DNA from: Kudoa neothunni
Lineage: Eukaryota > Animalia > Cnidaria
Assembly: GCA_964304625.1 (NCBI GenBank)
Contig: OZ199838.1
Location: forward strand, 336,148-400,147
DNA: 64,000 nucleotides
Direction: 5' to 3'
The notes under the pieces are model-generated. The model saw only the letters and a program-made list of their open reading frames with translations. It was not told the origin of the DNA and did no database searches. This document shows, piece after piece, positions 1 to 12,177 of this stretch. How positions within the stretch are numbered: position 1 is the first letter of the stretch; every line of letters begins with the position of its first letter. Both the position numbers and the translations under genes were made by a program.

Positions 1-39
1 CATGCATAGCTATATTTTTTTTTATTTTTAAAGCATACT

Positions 40-451
40 GACCAAAAAACGTTATGGGGTTCAAAAGACCCCAAGAGTCCTTAGGGCAGCGGTTCCCAAC
101 TAAAGCTGGGCTCGCACCCCCATTTTTTGACAAAATGAAATTCGCACCCTTTTTCATACGATAAGGTGTAACTGACTTAAAATTCATCAAAAATTATTTT
201 CAATTTTGATAGGATCTCGCATCACCTGAAACCAAAGTTCGCACCCCAAATTGAGAACCCCTGCCTTAGAGGATAATTTTTTGTCTACACCTAATTTTTG
301 TTCGCTCGACGTAAGATTGTCAGAAAATGGTCATTATTGAAAGTTAGGAGATTGGATAGAGTTATGCGAATTTCTGATTATTACTTACATAATACTGGGA
401 AAATTAATTTTAATTTGGGATCCAAAAGATCCCAAAATCATTAAAGGGTTA
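40..451. mobile_element. piggyBac-type non-autonomous remnant (right end); second copy ~49040-49270
   Basis: Subterminal palindromes GGGGTTCAAAAGACCCC and TTGGGATCCAAAAGATCCCAA, ending in AGGG+TTAA, like the piggyBac ends at 12.2-17.1 kb. Confidence 0.5.
87..263. mobile_element. hAT (Buster-like) MITE
   Basis: TIRs CAGCGGTTCCCAA / TTGAGAACCCCTG. 8-bp TSD ccttaggg/ccttagag with central TA. The paralogous spacer has the empty site at ~49083. Confidence 0.85.
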
Positions 452-1632
452 AAAAAATTTAACCCAATAAATATTCGAATTTGTTATTTTGACGAATATA
501 TAAAATTGAAGATCTGAGAAACAATATATTCAAAAGTAAAATATAATAATTCATAATCATGCCGTCGGGTCGACTATTGTTCATTTTATTACAAAAAAGA
601 TAAAAAATTGTACGTAAAAATATTTTACAATAGTATCTGATATTATAGTTAAAAATTTAATTAAAAAATTATAGTACAATGTATTATATTAATTCTAAAT
701 ATAATTCAACGAAACATAAAAACGGATGACAACTATGAAAACAATCCTTTCATCACTAATTGTTTGCATTACACAAAATAAGACATTGAGTAGAATTCAT
801 AATATTTTCTCCAACTTTGGTCTTTTCCCTTAGTTTTGCATAACTCCGTAAATTATTGCTTTTATCGATGAATTAATCGTCAGAATTAATTATCTCTTTA
901 TCATTTATATAGCATAATAGCTCATTTATTTCAAAAATACATAATCTGAGACGTATCCTTCGTTAATATCAATGCTTTTGTCACTTTATTGCATAAAAAT
1001 CCCCAATCGCTTTGACAATTAAAAATTATGGCGTGTGCACGCGTCACCAAAAAATTTTCGAATTTTGGCATAATAATTATCTGTTTAGTTTTAAATTGAA
1101 AAAATATTTTATCAATTTTTTTAAAATATTAAAAAAACTGTGGTCCAAACCAACCCCTGGATAACGTTGAAGGTGTTTTTATTATAAAAATTACTTCGAT
1201 AATCAGAAAATAACTTTATTTTATCGTAGATAAACATATTTTACATAAATGTAAATAATTTAGATCCTGTAAATTATTATGCACTTAAGAAAATTATTGA
1301 AGAATTTAATTAATCTGATCAATTTCCTTAAAACGTTGTTATAGCTTTTTTATTGTCCAAATTAATTTAATTCCCTATCATATGAAAATTAAACATTTCA
1401 CGATTATCACTAACGAAACAAAAGAGTTAAATTTTAATTGTTAATTAGTTTTTGTGTCTGAAATTTTTGTATATTTCTTTTGTGCAATATATTCCTTAGT
1501 TGTTAATTAATACCGCGTGATCCGGTTAAAAAATTTGGCTAATTTAGCTAGTAATTTTTCTTTTTCTATAACAAACTGAAAAACTCTCTATATATTTGAA
1601 CTAAAATTTTATCCGTTAAAGATCTTATAAAC

Positions 1633-2160
1633 CAGGGGTCGGCAACCTAAGACCCGCTATACATTGAATGACATAAAAATTTTTCTTAATATCTAAAATA
1701 AACAAATTATTTTTAAGTTTTTTCTAGATTGTTATTCTAAATGTTAATATATTGTCGATATAAACATTTTAACCGACTAAAATTAGTTTTCATTAAATAG
1801 GAAAACCTGAATAAATATGATAGTTAAAATAACATTATAATTATTTCCATAAAAGTACAAAATATTTTTAAAAGGCATATAGGTACATCTCATATTATTT
1901 GACGTTGTCCAATAAATCGTTCATTCACAAGTTTAGCACTAGTTGATTACATTGGAAGTGAAAATTAATAGAATATAATACTATTAATTTGACTTATTTT
2001 TCTACTTTAAAAGACATTTATCAATTATTATTTATATATTTAAACCTGAAATAAGAACTACGAATAATTTAAAATTTGTATGGATTAATTTTAATACGGC
2101 CCGCATTAGAGTTAAGGTATGTCTGTTCGGCCCGTCACTAAAAAAGGTTTCCGACCCCTG
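1633..2160. mobile_element. hAT MITE
   Basis: TIRs CAGGGGTCGGCAACCT / AGGTTTCCGACCCCTG and a perfect 8-bp TSD TTATAAAC. Confidence 0.9.
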
Positions 2161-2794
2161 TTATAAACGATAAAAAAATCTAAAAATTGAAAAACACATT
2201 TTAATTTTCTGAAATTTAATATCAATTAATCCCATTTGGTTGTGTGTGGAATCTACAATGGATGTTAAAATCGGTATATTGTTTCGTGAGGATTATGTCT
2301 AATATTAGCTAGCATTGCATTTCTTTTGAATATATAAAATTAATTAAGATTTAAATTATAACTTACAGCGGAATTTATTTATTAATTTAATAATTTCTGA
2401 GAAAATAAGCTAACTTTTGTCGCTACAATTACTTACTAAAAGATAGTCTCATTGTGTGGACAATAGAAAACTACTTGTGTATATATTTAATGGATAAATG
2501 CGCTGCAAGATAAAAATTAATGGATTTAGTATCTTTACTATTTTAACTTAGATATATTAATTTGGATTATTTCCCATTATACATAATACATTTTTAAGAT
2601 GATTAATATATCAAATTTATTTCAATGAATAAAAATTAAGAAGTGATACGCATAATAAATGTTGTTAAGATTTTATATATTTTTAGAAAAAAATAAATCT
2701 AAGTTCAATATGAAAAGATACTAAAAGTTATCTATTATAATAATTTTATAATAATATTGGTAACTGATGTAATGGATGATGAATATATCAGTTT

Positions 2795-5700
2795 TTATAG
2801 ATCGTAAGAAATTTCCTTAGAATTCTTTCTGTAAACAGCTACACCTATCACCCCCAAAAGTGAAGCCACGATGGGTATCATTGCATATAATCTAAGAAAG
2901 CTTATCTACAACAAATATGTATATTCTATTACATGTAACTTCCAACAGACCTATCTAATGTCAAACATGAAAATATAAATGTAAATTACGAATAACTATT
3001 CTTTGCAGCATCAAAATTGTGATTGTCTTTACTATCTACAATGTTTCTTTTTTATCAGATCATTAAATTAAAATAATTTTACTAAATAAAATCTTATAAA
3101 TATAACATGAAAATTGTTTTTACCCTTTCTCAACCTTTTCTACTACTTTTTGAACAATATCATCTATTACAATGTTTGCATACTCACTCCTAATGTTTTC
3201 TCCCCCTATAAATTTTTTATTCCACCAAGATTTTTATTTAATTTACTAGAGAAATCATTTTAATTATATATTAAATAATTGGAATTTAATTACCCTTTCA
3301 TTTGACCTATTCTTGAGTCTTCGCAAAATATATTATTAGAAAATAAGGATTATTTAATAATTTAAACAAAATATATATACACTGAATACTATATTTGTTA
3401 TAGAGTGAGTAATCTTTTGCTTTTAACTTCAAAATGTAATCTTTTTCCCTCGACAAATTATTGATGTTAACGATACACTTATTAGCAGAACATTCTTCAT
3501 CATCATTACACCATGTAACAATTTTTCCCTCCTGGTTGTCTACGATTTTTTCCTGAATCATAAACGGACATTTTGAATTGTCATCTTTTCCTGTGAAATC
3601 CACTTTAATTGTCAAGTCACTATCTCCATTCAACGAATGCTTAAGTGAAATAGTACCATTTACTAAATAATATTATTAAAACATAAGATTATTGATTATG
3701 AATACTTGTCTCAACAGAATACTCCTTATGTTTTTTGCCATCAGATGGTTCGACGGTTACGTTGTAAGTCACTCCCAATTCTAGGTTGACAATTTTGAAC
3801 ATAGCGTCACATCTATTCTCGCATGCTCCCATTCCATCACACGAAGCCATATATTTTGGATCTGAGACATCACTTTTTTTAACATAAATTCTACAGACCG
3901 GAAAATAATTATTATGTCCAAATGGTGTTATTGTAGCAGTGGAATTCTTTATGGTAGGTTCTGAATCATTCGCAGTTAAATTTTCTCCTCCAGCTAAATA
4001 TGATGTTCAAATGTAATGTTTAAGTATGCTTTTACATGTTCGGAATGTTGTTTTCCTCGTGTATCCATCAATCCCAATGTTGTTTACCGTTACAGAAACT
4101 ACATAACTTGTATCCGCAGCAAGCCCATTAATTGAATAAGTCGCTTCACAACTAGTATTACATACACGAGTGTCCTTACACTCAGCTTGTTTTTCAGTCG
4201 AATAAGTATTTGCTCTGCGTATTTTAATTGTACACTCAGAACCGGAGGTATCTGTTCTCATATGCGTATAGGCGTTAAGTCCGGTAAGGGTGACTTCCGT
4301 TTCATTAATGTCGCTTATATTTATGCCACTGTCATTTCCTATAAAACATTATTTATGAATTAAAATCCAATGTTACTTTTAAAGTATTGTTTGAATCCAT
4401 CAGTGTCAAATCTTCGTTTAACAATTATTCCGATGTTCTCAATGTCTTCTGTCAAACTGATAATATCATCTTGACAAAGTTGAAAGCACTCTTTTTTCTC
4501 TCCAATACATCCATTCAGAACAGTACTTTGTTGAGTTGGGTCACTTCCATCTACCTTAAATACCTTGATGTGACAAATCTCGCCATTATATGGACCAGGA
4601 GAGAATTTTATCTGAAGTTTTCTAGTGCTACCCTCAACGCCTGAAACAGAATAAATGATCTCAGATTTTAGTGGGGTCTCAGAATTCAAATAAGTATTAT
4701 TAATGTAATATAATATGTCAGGCCATAATAGTGTTGAACTGATATTATAATAACTTATGTATCTATCAATTGAGAGAGCAGCAGATTTATCTTGTGGAGC
4801 CTCAGAATTAGCATCGATTTTTAAGTTGTCCTTTTCTGTACTGTTGTGTTCATCATTATTTCCGTCATTTTGTATACTCCATTTAGTTATTGAGTTTGAT
4901 TTATATGAGAAGCTAACTTCGCCGTCAGTATGAGATATTTTATAAGTGTTATCTTGCTTGTAATCTATAAATATTATTTAGATTTTAAAATAAAATATTA
5001 TTTATTTTAATTACTCATTATTATTGGAAACACTTGAACTTTTTTACATCTTTTGGCTTCTTCTTTGTCTGTGCCAAAACAAACTGATATATATCGATCA
5101 ACTTTCGAATTAAAATGTCCAATATTAAGATCATTTCTATCGCAATTCACTAAACAACCAATTCCTTCTACGTCTGCACAAAGTTGTGGCTTTTTAAATT
5201 CAGTTCCTTCAAAATTAGCTATTTTTATTACACATTTATTGTTTTCAGGAAAATTAGACAGTTTAATTGAAAACTTGTCAATTCCTTTATCTGAAGTTGG
5301 TACATACTTCTGTTCAAGCTTTCCGCGTCGAATAAAAGCTATAATGTATGTCAATTGGGATTCTTTTAAAAGTTACCTGGTATAAATAACTTGAATGGCG
5401 ACGATTTTTGGTCTGCATATATCATCAACCTGTAATTGTATTTATTATCATATATCTTATTAGCAAACTGGATATTGTTGCATTTTTTTTCCTCACTATT
5501 ATCACAACCAATGCAAGACTTTATTATTCTCGTGGGTGAAGCTATTTAAGATAAAAAAAGTAATATGACATTATTACTTTCGTTGGTTTCATGTTTATAT
5601 AACTGATAGTAGCAGTCTGTAGTACTAGCTTCTTCCAAAGATTGTTTCATTTGTATTACGAGCTTGTTCTTCTCAGAATTAGTTGAAATTTTAAATTGAA

Positions 5701-8700
5701 TTATTTTACCGCCTATTTATTATTTATTCACATATTAAATCCATGAATAATGAATTTTACTTGTTTCTTTATTTTCAATAATTTGAATATTATAACTACC
5801 ACTGGGAACAATTTTGAGAGTATAAGTTGTGTGGGAGTTAAGTCCAATAATCTCGAACCGTGAGTTGCACGATTTTACACACAACTCGTTTTTTGAACAA
5901 ATTGCTGGATAATAGAATTTATTATTCTCTTTTATGTAGATTTTACAGATATTTGTTGATGTTGTAGAGTTTTCAGTGATTGTGATTCCATTCGCACTGG
6001 TATCGACTGAAGTACCCTGAATGGAAAGTTCGTTGTCTTGAGCTGAAAATATATTTAAAACCCGTTTAATTTCATAAAATACTTATTTTATGGAAAAAAT
6101 ATTTTCTTGGTGAGTAATTAGGTATATCTGTTATGGTTACCATAACATCATTATGTAAATGAGTTGGTTCAGGATTTATTTGAACCTCCCCGAAGCTACA
6201 AGCAGGCGATGAATTACTCACATCTTTCCTTCCAGTTTCAGTAACTAATGGAGCGTATGTGTTCCATATCTTTAATGAGCATAAAGCAGTTAGAGGGGTG
6301 ATTTCCTCACCATCTTCGTTTTTATTTTTTCCGCTAATGTTTATTTTAATCTTTTTTTCTTCGGTTGTGACAGAAACATCGTTTCCATGCTCCACTAAAA
6401 ACTTTTATGTAATTTAATAAATATATCTAAATCTTACATATATGTATATTATTTTGATAACCGATAGTAGGTTTCATTCCTAGTTTTAGGACCCTTATTT
6501 TAACCGCCTTTACACTTGGCTGCACATTTTCAAATCTGTATCGGTTGCATATACTGATAAAACAATTTTCTTTATTATCACATTTATTCGAAAAAAAACT
6601 GTTTGAATTTGCTGCCGTGGCGTCTATCCATTCGAATGTGCACATTTCAGATGGCTCTGAATTTACCAGTTGAACTGTGAATGCATTCTTTGTTGCATCA
6701 TGTGTGAATTCGTAATAAAATCTACTGAAAATTGGAGCTTGATTTTTAACGAATGTATTGTCGTAGAAATAATGAAAATCGAAATATTTTGGGCAGCTTA
6801 TATAATAGTCTTTTATTAACTCATCGAATTGAATCGAGTAACTTTGGAAATTGCAATCGGAGTTGACAGTTCGTGGTTCCTCCACATGACTTTTCTCTTG
6901 GGTATCCGTGAATGATTTGCATGATAATGAACATTTATTAATACCCAATTTTATATTGTCGCCTTCTAATTTAGCTATGTGAGTAAGTTCTTTGAAATGA
7001 TCTTCAAAAAAAAGGTTATATATAATGTAATTATATAATACCTATGTAATATGAATAGACCTTTCCTATTTTAATTTCGACTTCTGTCGGTGATTTTGGG
7101 GCTGGTTTTCTTGCAGGCAGAGAGGAATCAACTTCTCCCTCCCCCAGGCCACTGTTATCTTTTAAAGGTGTCTTTACTGAATCTGCTTGCGATTTTTCGG
7201 CAGTTATTAAGTTAATAATTTTTTTCTCTGGATAGGTGATGGAAATATAATTTAATTTATTCTGACTATCAGGATCAATGTAGAGTTTATTTGATAGGTT
7301 GTTGCATTTGTTTTGAGCTTCCCTGCTAATTCCAGCATTTCCATAACCCGAACGATCATTATTATATTTTCGAATTGTACATTCTTTTTCACTCTTATTA
7401 GTAAGGTCATTATTTCGGAATTTTACCCCGTATTTTAGTTTCGATTTAATGTAATATAGAATCATATCTTTATCACCTTCTTCAATATCACCTATGAAAA
7501 TAAAATTAATATTTCTACAAAACAGAAGTTACATTCTATGTTGTTTTCTGTTGGTTTAGAATGACCTATGTTTATAATAACTAGTTTATACGTATCTTCG
7601 CAATTAAGGGAAGCCCATGAGAAATCTATTGTGTTAGTTTCAGTCGCTATAGGGGGATCACATGCGCTATTCAAACAATCCATTATAATTTTGTTAGATC
7701 CGTGTTCCAGTAGGATGTATGCCCAAGACGTTCCTGAACTATTAGGTGAAGAAGTCAATGTAACTGTTGTTTTCTTTCCAACATTATTTGTTGAGGTTTT
7801 TATTATTATCTCGATTCCGGTAGCTATTTAATCTCATTATTAATAAAATTTATAAATAAATTACTCGAAGTTGCGGAGCTTTCAACGCAATTATATCCTT
7901 TCGGACAAATAGTTATTTTGTAGCTCGTTTTAGGATCAAGGTTTATTATATTAAAATTGCCATTACAAGCACCAGAACAAAATTTTTTTCCCTTCACAAG
8001 TAGCAGGGTACATGGGTGAATAATTTTCAGTAGATGAATAATAGAGATCACATTTTGCCTGATTAACTCTTTCATCTGCAAATGAACTAGATAGATTTAG
8101 AGTTAGTGCATTACGTTGACCAGAAGTAGATGTTAGCGTTAGCTCACCAGTTATTATTTCTTCTCCTATATAAATTTAGAAATATAGAGTTAATATTTAA
8201 CGTTACCTTTAGTTTTGAAATAGAAATAACGATGGTAATAATTAACTTCCGGAGAATCTAATGTTGTAAGTCCTTTTATTTTAAGTTTTAAAATATATTC
8301 TGTTAGTGGCAGAAGATGGCTCAAACTGATTGATTCAAATGCTTTACACCCTCCTTCACACGTTAGATCGTTCCAATTATCTTTAACTCCCAGATTTTTC
8401 TCTATTATTTTAACTTCTAAAATATCTGTTTCTGTTACAGCACTATCTCCGCCTTCATTTTGATTTAACTTAGTTAACATTAAGGTCGCCTCATTCTTTT
8501 TAGTTACAGTAACAGTGGGTTGATTGATACCGACTATAGAATCGATATGAAACACTAGATAAAATTATAATTTACATGTTATAGTTTGGATAAACTCTTT
8601 TGATGTTATCTTATCTAAAGATTTTACATGTACTTGAGCAAAATTGAGAGTTTGATCATGATATAAGGTAGCTTTGAAGCAAGGCTGAAGACAGGGCCCA

Positions 8701-9614
8701 GCTCTATTCATATCTGAGCAATTGGAGGAAAAATGAGAGTCATTAATATCTTTTATTCCAAAGTAACAAATTTGCGAAGGTTTTGGATTCTGGAGTGTAA
8801 CTGTATAATAATTACTATCGATTCCTTTTGACCCTGCTGCAATAAACCAATCCTCATTAAGGTTTTTTGGATTCAATAAAATTTCTGGTGACACATTGTC
8901 GGCTTCAACCACATACGTAGGTTGATATGATTTAGAAATTAGTTTAATAGATTTGGCTGAAAAAAAAGTTTGCGACGATCCTTGACTGTGCTCTGAAACA
9001 GAACCTTCGACAATCAACTCTCTGCTTTCTTTCCTTTGAACGGAAAGAGTGAATATATTATTTTCTATGGTTGCTGTCAACGAACTCTTTATGTAAAGAT
9101 CTATTTTATTGTATTAAAATATTACAAAATAAATTAATATACCATTTACAGAAAAAACCTTCTTGGTGGGACAGTTTTTCACTTCAGTATCATCCTTACC
9201 TTGGCACCATTTTATATATTTAATGGATTTAAACTCCTGACCACTGAGATTTAGTTCGACTTTTTTACACTTGAAAATACACATCTTTGAATCATCATCC
9301 ATTCGTCTACCATCTATGCCCTGAGTACACTCAGAGATTTCAATCTTCGCCCTATTTTGTCCATAATATTGGAAGGCGCAATGTTTGAAGCTATTCTCCA
9401 TATTGTACCCAGAAAGTGAAATAATATATTTCTTTTGACTGTATGAAAAATTCACTTTCATTATATTATTATCAATATTATTAGAGATCACATTTTTTGC
9501 ACATAACACTAATAACGATTAATCTATATAATCATAATGAAAATTACAAGGTAAAATGACGAGATATATCGTAGAAGCATATCGTTGTCTCAATGACAGT
9601 CTGATCATCATCAT
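2795..9614 (-). CDS. Surface protein paralog 1: multi-exon type I membrane protein with Cys-rich FN3-like repeats (~1,950 aa); one apparent +1 frameshift in an A7 run at 7983-7989
   Basis: Exon 1 plus exon 2 give signal peptide MMMIRLSLRQRYASTIYLVILPLLCA. About 22 exons are split by mostly 36-50 nt GT-AG introns, and modules carry L-x-P-x-T-x-Y-like motifs. The last exon gives LYAMIPIVASLLGVIGVAVY-RKNSKEISYDL* (stop 2795-2797). The minus ORFs from 3307 to 9509 are its exons. Confidence 0.85.
3036..3124 (-). other. Putative [D1,2] stwintron (internal intron 3082-3123 interrupts the G|T donor of a 47-nt external intron); orthologous sites 17810-17898, 38775-38863, 51855-51943
   Basis: AAAG-G-[gtaaaa...tttag]-TAAAAT...ttgtag. 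Two-step excision restores the frame into the TM-encoding exons using normal-sized introns. Confidence 0.65.
3206..3294 (-). other. Possible second [D1,2] stwintron (internal 3246-3293); orthologous sites 17980-18069, 38945-39034, 52025-52114
   Basis: Same AAAG-G-[gtaatt...ctag]-TAAATT...tatag layout. Ambiguous, because the outer segment is stop-free and in frame in copies 2-4. Confidence 0.45.
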
Positions 9615-11109
9615 TAGCTTATTAGTGGTGAATTAACAAAAAATATTTTGTTTAAATTTGTATCGATATGAATAGAGGAATTAATCTTGCCAATTATTCA
9701 TATGTCCAATTCAATTAAAAAATTACCAACCTCGATCTTACGAAAAGATAATAACTATTCAAATGTGACAACATTTTATGTGAATGGACAATTATCCTTT
9801 CGTTTATTATTGATTATTTCGAATGCCCCAACTATCTAGCTCTTCATTCAAGCGATTTTTAGATAATGTACATGAAATATTATTTTAATATTATGAAACG
9901 TATATAATTTATAAAAATTCCATGTGGCTGATTTATGATTAGTTAATAAGCATAAAAAATTAATTTTGTAAACTGCATAATTGATAAATTTTAGGCAGAA
10001 GTTATTTAAATGGTAAATTTAAAACCTTAATATCACGTAAATGTGTATTACGAGAATTTTAATTCCGCCAGCTCTTACTCGCAAGTTTTTTCTAGATTTA
10101 CTTATAGCCTAAACGACTGACATCTGAATAGTATTTTTAGGTATTCCATTGTAAGATAAATTTGTCAGTGTTAAATTAGAATTTCACTTATACTATTCAA
10201 TAATACCTAGTTTTTGAAAAATAAAAATTGTTCGTATTTATTTAAAAACTTATTTTAATGTAAAAATATTTACTTTGTTTTATAAATTTTTGTATGAAAT
10301 TTTTTGTTGAAATAAAGAAATTATGTAATCATTTTCCTAAAAAATTAGGCGACCATTAATATTTGGCGTTATTGTTAAAAATTATTGTAATAAATTCCCA
10401 TTTAAATATGTTTAATATACATTAAACAAAAATATTCGTAACTCCTGAATTTTACAACATAGCCAAATTGAATATCAAAAGTGTGACGTTCACAAACACT
10501 TGTCATCTGTTTCATTTTATAAATAAATTTTTCATAAGGAGCAAATTTACATGATTTTATAAAATTATCGTGATAATTCAAAATAAACATTATTTTATAA
10601 ACTTATTTTATATAAAATTAATAATATATTACCTGCCATGATGAAGATATTTATGAGTTATCATACCTCACAAATAAATAATAATTTACAATTTATGAAA
10701 TTTATTATAATTCAATTAAAATTTATAGTAGAAAAGACTAACTTCGAATATCGAAGTTTAGAGAACTAGATTTACTCATTTATTTCAATGAATCTAACTA
10801 TTTTACAACATTTTCATTACTCATTTACCTTTAAATATCGAAGGGAATAATAAATTCAATGCTCATATTTTTAAACTTATTCACACATATTTAGAGATGA
10901 CAATACAGAATGACAATTCATTTAATAAAAAAGAACGAGTGAGCATATAATAACACAAGATAGATAATTTAAAATAAAAATATTTATTTTTATAAAAATA
11001 CTACCCAATAACTATATTTGTGATCCCATATTCGGTCAAAAGTATTCTTCTTGAAGGTATCGAATTAAATTTATAGCTAAAACTCCTCTACTTATTCCAG
11101 GAATTTTTT

Positions 11110-11520
11110 TAGTGGACCCCAGCAAGCATCTATTTTGTTACTGTTTTCCCAATATATTCTTCGGAATGGCTGATTGTGGTATGTCGACACACCAATGATC
11201 CCAAATAATTGCAGGCTGCCTATTCGTCCTCATAGTAAAAAGAGCTGGGATTGGTTTCATTTTGGATAATTTGGGTTAAATTTTCCATATCTCATGCTTG
11301 GAGAAATAATAACCGAACCTCGTTAAAGGATCTCTCACTTCTATCTCTACTTGGCAAAGTGATAACCCAAATATCCCGGATCCATCAACAAGGTTCTACG
11401 GTCATTCCCTCTGATGAGGCTTACGTATTACAAAATTATACACAGATATCATCAATTATTACGAGAGGTTTCCTCATCAAAAAGATACTATTCGCTCTCA
11501 CTCATTCTCCGTAGCTACGT
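11110..11520 (-). pseudogene. Degenerate Merlin/ISXO2-like DDE transposase fragment
   Basis: Manual minus-strand translation DMENLTQIIQNETNPSSFYYEDE*AACNYLGSLVCRHTTISHSEEY resembles the ISXO2 pattern TL.PIIQ..I.PGS.I.SD.W.AY..L...GY.H..VNHS. A paralogous remnant lies at 60300-60720. Confidence 0.6.
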
Positions 11521-12177
11521 CGTTAAATTCATAATATTTAATCCTTTTGTGTCCAAATTATAATTATTAGACCTGATTAATATTTTTATGTTTAGTTTCT
11601 AGTTATCTCCTATTAGTAAACGATGTTTGTCTTTTCTTTTTCCTTATAAAGGATACCCATCACTCCCCACAAATTATTCTTATCCGCTAATTGGATGTTT
11701 TTTTTACAATACTAGCACCAAATAGATTCTGGAGTTGTTCAACCCAGTTCGAAGCTGTCAGTTTGCTCGTGTTTATCGTATCTATCTTTCTATATAAGGT
11801 AGCAGTGTCCGTGTGTGTGTACGCACACATCATCTCCTTATACATAGACTTTTTGAACTATTTGAGTTTCTTAGTACACTTTAAAAAATCCAAAACTAAC
11901 TACAAAAATACAACGGAGTTGTCTGCTTTCTTATAAAGTGGTGAATTTGTAATGTAAACTTTTTGTAAACAGATTAGCACTGACAATAATAAGATTACTT
12001 TATCATGTGATTCGCTATAATGTTCAATAATATGCGTATATAACTTTAATTTATGTTATTTAAATACACCTGAAACTTAAACTTTACTCTATTTACAATT
12101 CCAACTAAGTTAACAGGTTCTACAAAATTCGTTGATGCGTAGGCGGATTCGGTGTAAACGAAGATTTGTTGTTTAAA

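Larger units (their letters stand above)
1..11560. repeat. Segmental repeat unit A (3' spacer + gene copy 1 + ~2 kb upstream), paralogous to ~49010-60760
   Basis: Colinear high similarity of 1-2700 with ~49010-51520 and of 9620-11560 with 58520-60760. Copies 2 and 3 share only shorter flanks. Confidence 0.9.

Noticed and set aside
3307-3380. Hydrophobic ORF end CIYILFKLLNNPYFLIIYFAKTQE as a real TM or GPI signal
   Set aside because: It is read-through into an AT-rich intron, and a much better TM plus tail is encoded by downstream exons. Kept only as a possible retention isoform.
3663-3705. Another AG|TAAA junction as a third stwintron
   Set aside because: The upstream exon ends in A, so no GT donor is regenerated, and ordinary splicing is already in frame (T-I-N-G-T).
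5542-5577. Apparent 1-nt deletion and stop in paralog 1 relative to the 'SYYFYYLQI' ORF text of the other copies
   Set aside because: This stretch is a 36-37 nt GT-AG intron in all copies, so the indel is non-coding.
4387-7831. Plus-strand ORFs overlapping the surface genes (4387, 5053, 7568; likewise 19915, 23163, 24159, 42823, 53206, 53928, 56481)
   Set aside because: They are antisense shadows of minus-strand exons with no independent coding signal.
3307-9509. Reading the many short minus-strand ORFs as a prokaryotic or viral operon of small genes
   Set aside because: They are bounded by GT-AG introns of consistent size and phase and join into one protein with a signal peptide and TM helix.
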